A DNA stretch of 63,972 nt, counting the filler, from Choristocarpus tenellus KU-1152 (lineage: Eukaryota > Protista > Phaeophyceae), in NCBI GenBank assembly GCA_964200185.2. It is 11 parts of 11 records of this genome, joined end to end, with 100 filler letters (N's around TTAATTAATTAA, not from the genome) between each part and the next. Parts side by side here need not be neighbours in the genome. Positions count along the whole stretch, not along the records: positions 61,473 to 63,972 come from CAXNAD020027300.1; 10 more parts are not named here. One strand, written 5' to 3'. Made by a program: the position numbers and the translations under genes. Shown piece after piece: positions 63,949-63,972 of this stretch; positions within the stretch are counted from its first letter, which is position 1, and each line of letters starts with the position of its first letter. The notes beneath the pieces are model-generated. The model was not told the origin of the DNA. It made no database searches and saw only the letters and a list, made by a program, of their open reading frames with translations.

Positions 63949-63972
63949 AACCCAAAGTATCTGGGGGGGGAT
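63949..63972. mobile_element. Start of a family B/D MITE at the window edge
   Basis: AACCCAAAGTATCTGGGGGGGG. Confidence 0.7.

Overview
Eukaryotic, intron-rich genomic DNA, most consistent with a photosynthetic stramenopile (brown-alga-like). The basis is the histone sequences, two bipartite signal-plus-Phe plastid presequences and a flagellar coiled-coil gene. The window is 11 blocks joined by ten artificial 100-bp N/TTAATTAATTAA/N spacers, and repeats do not continue across the spacers, so adjacency between blocks is unproven. Supported genes: a 6-exon tubulin-tyrosine-ligase-like gene, a 7-exon CFAP157-like gene, an intronless divergent H2B-H2A pair, a 5'-truncated SLC35B3/UAA nucleotide-sugar transporter, two head-to-head plastid-targeted gene starts and several orphan exons. 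Much of the rest is decayed mobile DNA (CRE/RLE-type LINE, Ty1/copia, Tc1/mariner) plus about 20 MITE copies. Most interesting: (1) MITE families with different interiors share bipartite ends whose spacers are 16 vs 26 bp, a one-helical-turn asymmetry reminiscent of 12/23 RSS, and have mixed 3/4-bp TSDs; (2) both histone genes carry an identical non-canonical 3' stem-loop with a 5-nt loop; (3) a spliced exon carries a LecA/PA-IL-like Ca2+/galactose-binding loop; (4) a multi-exon gene has a ParB/DGQHR-like motif. All homology calls are from motif recognition by eye; no searches were run.
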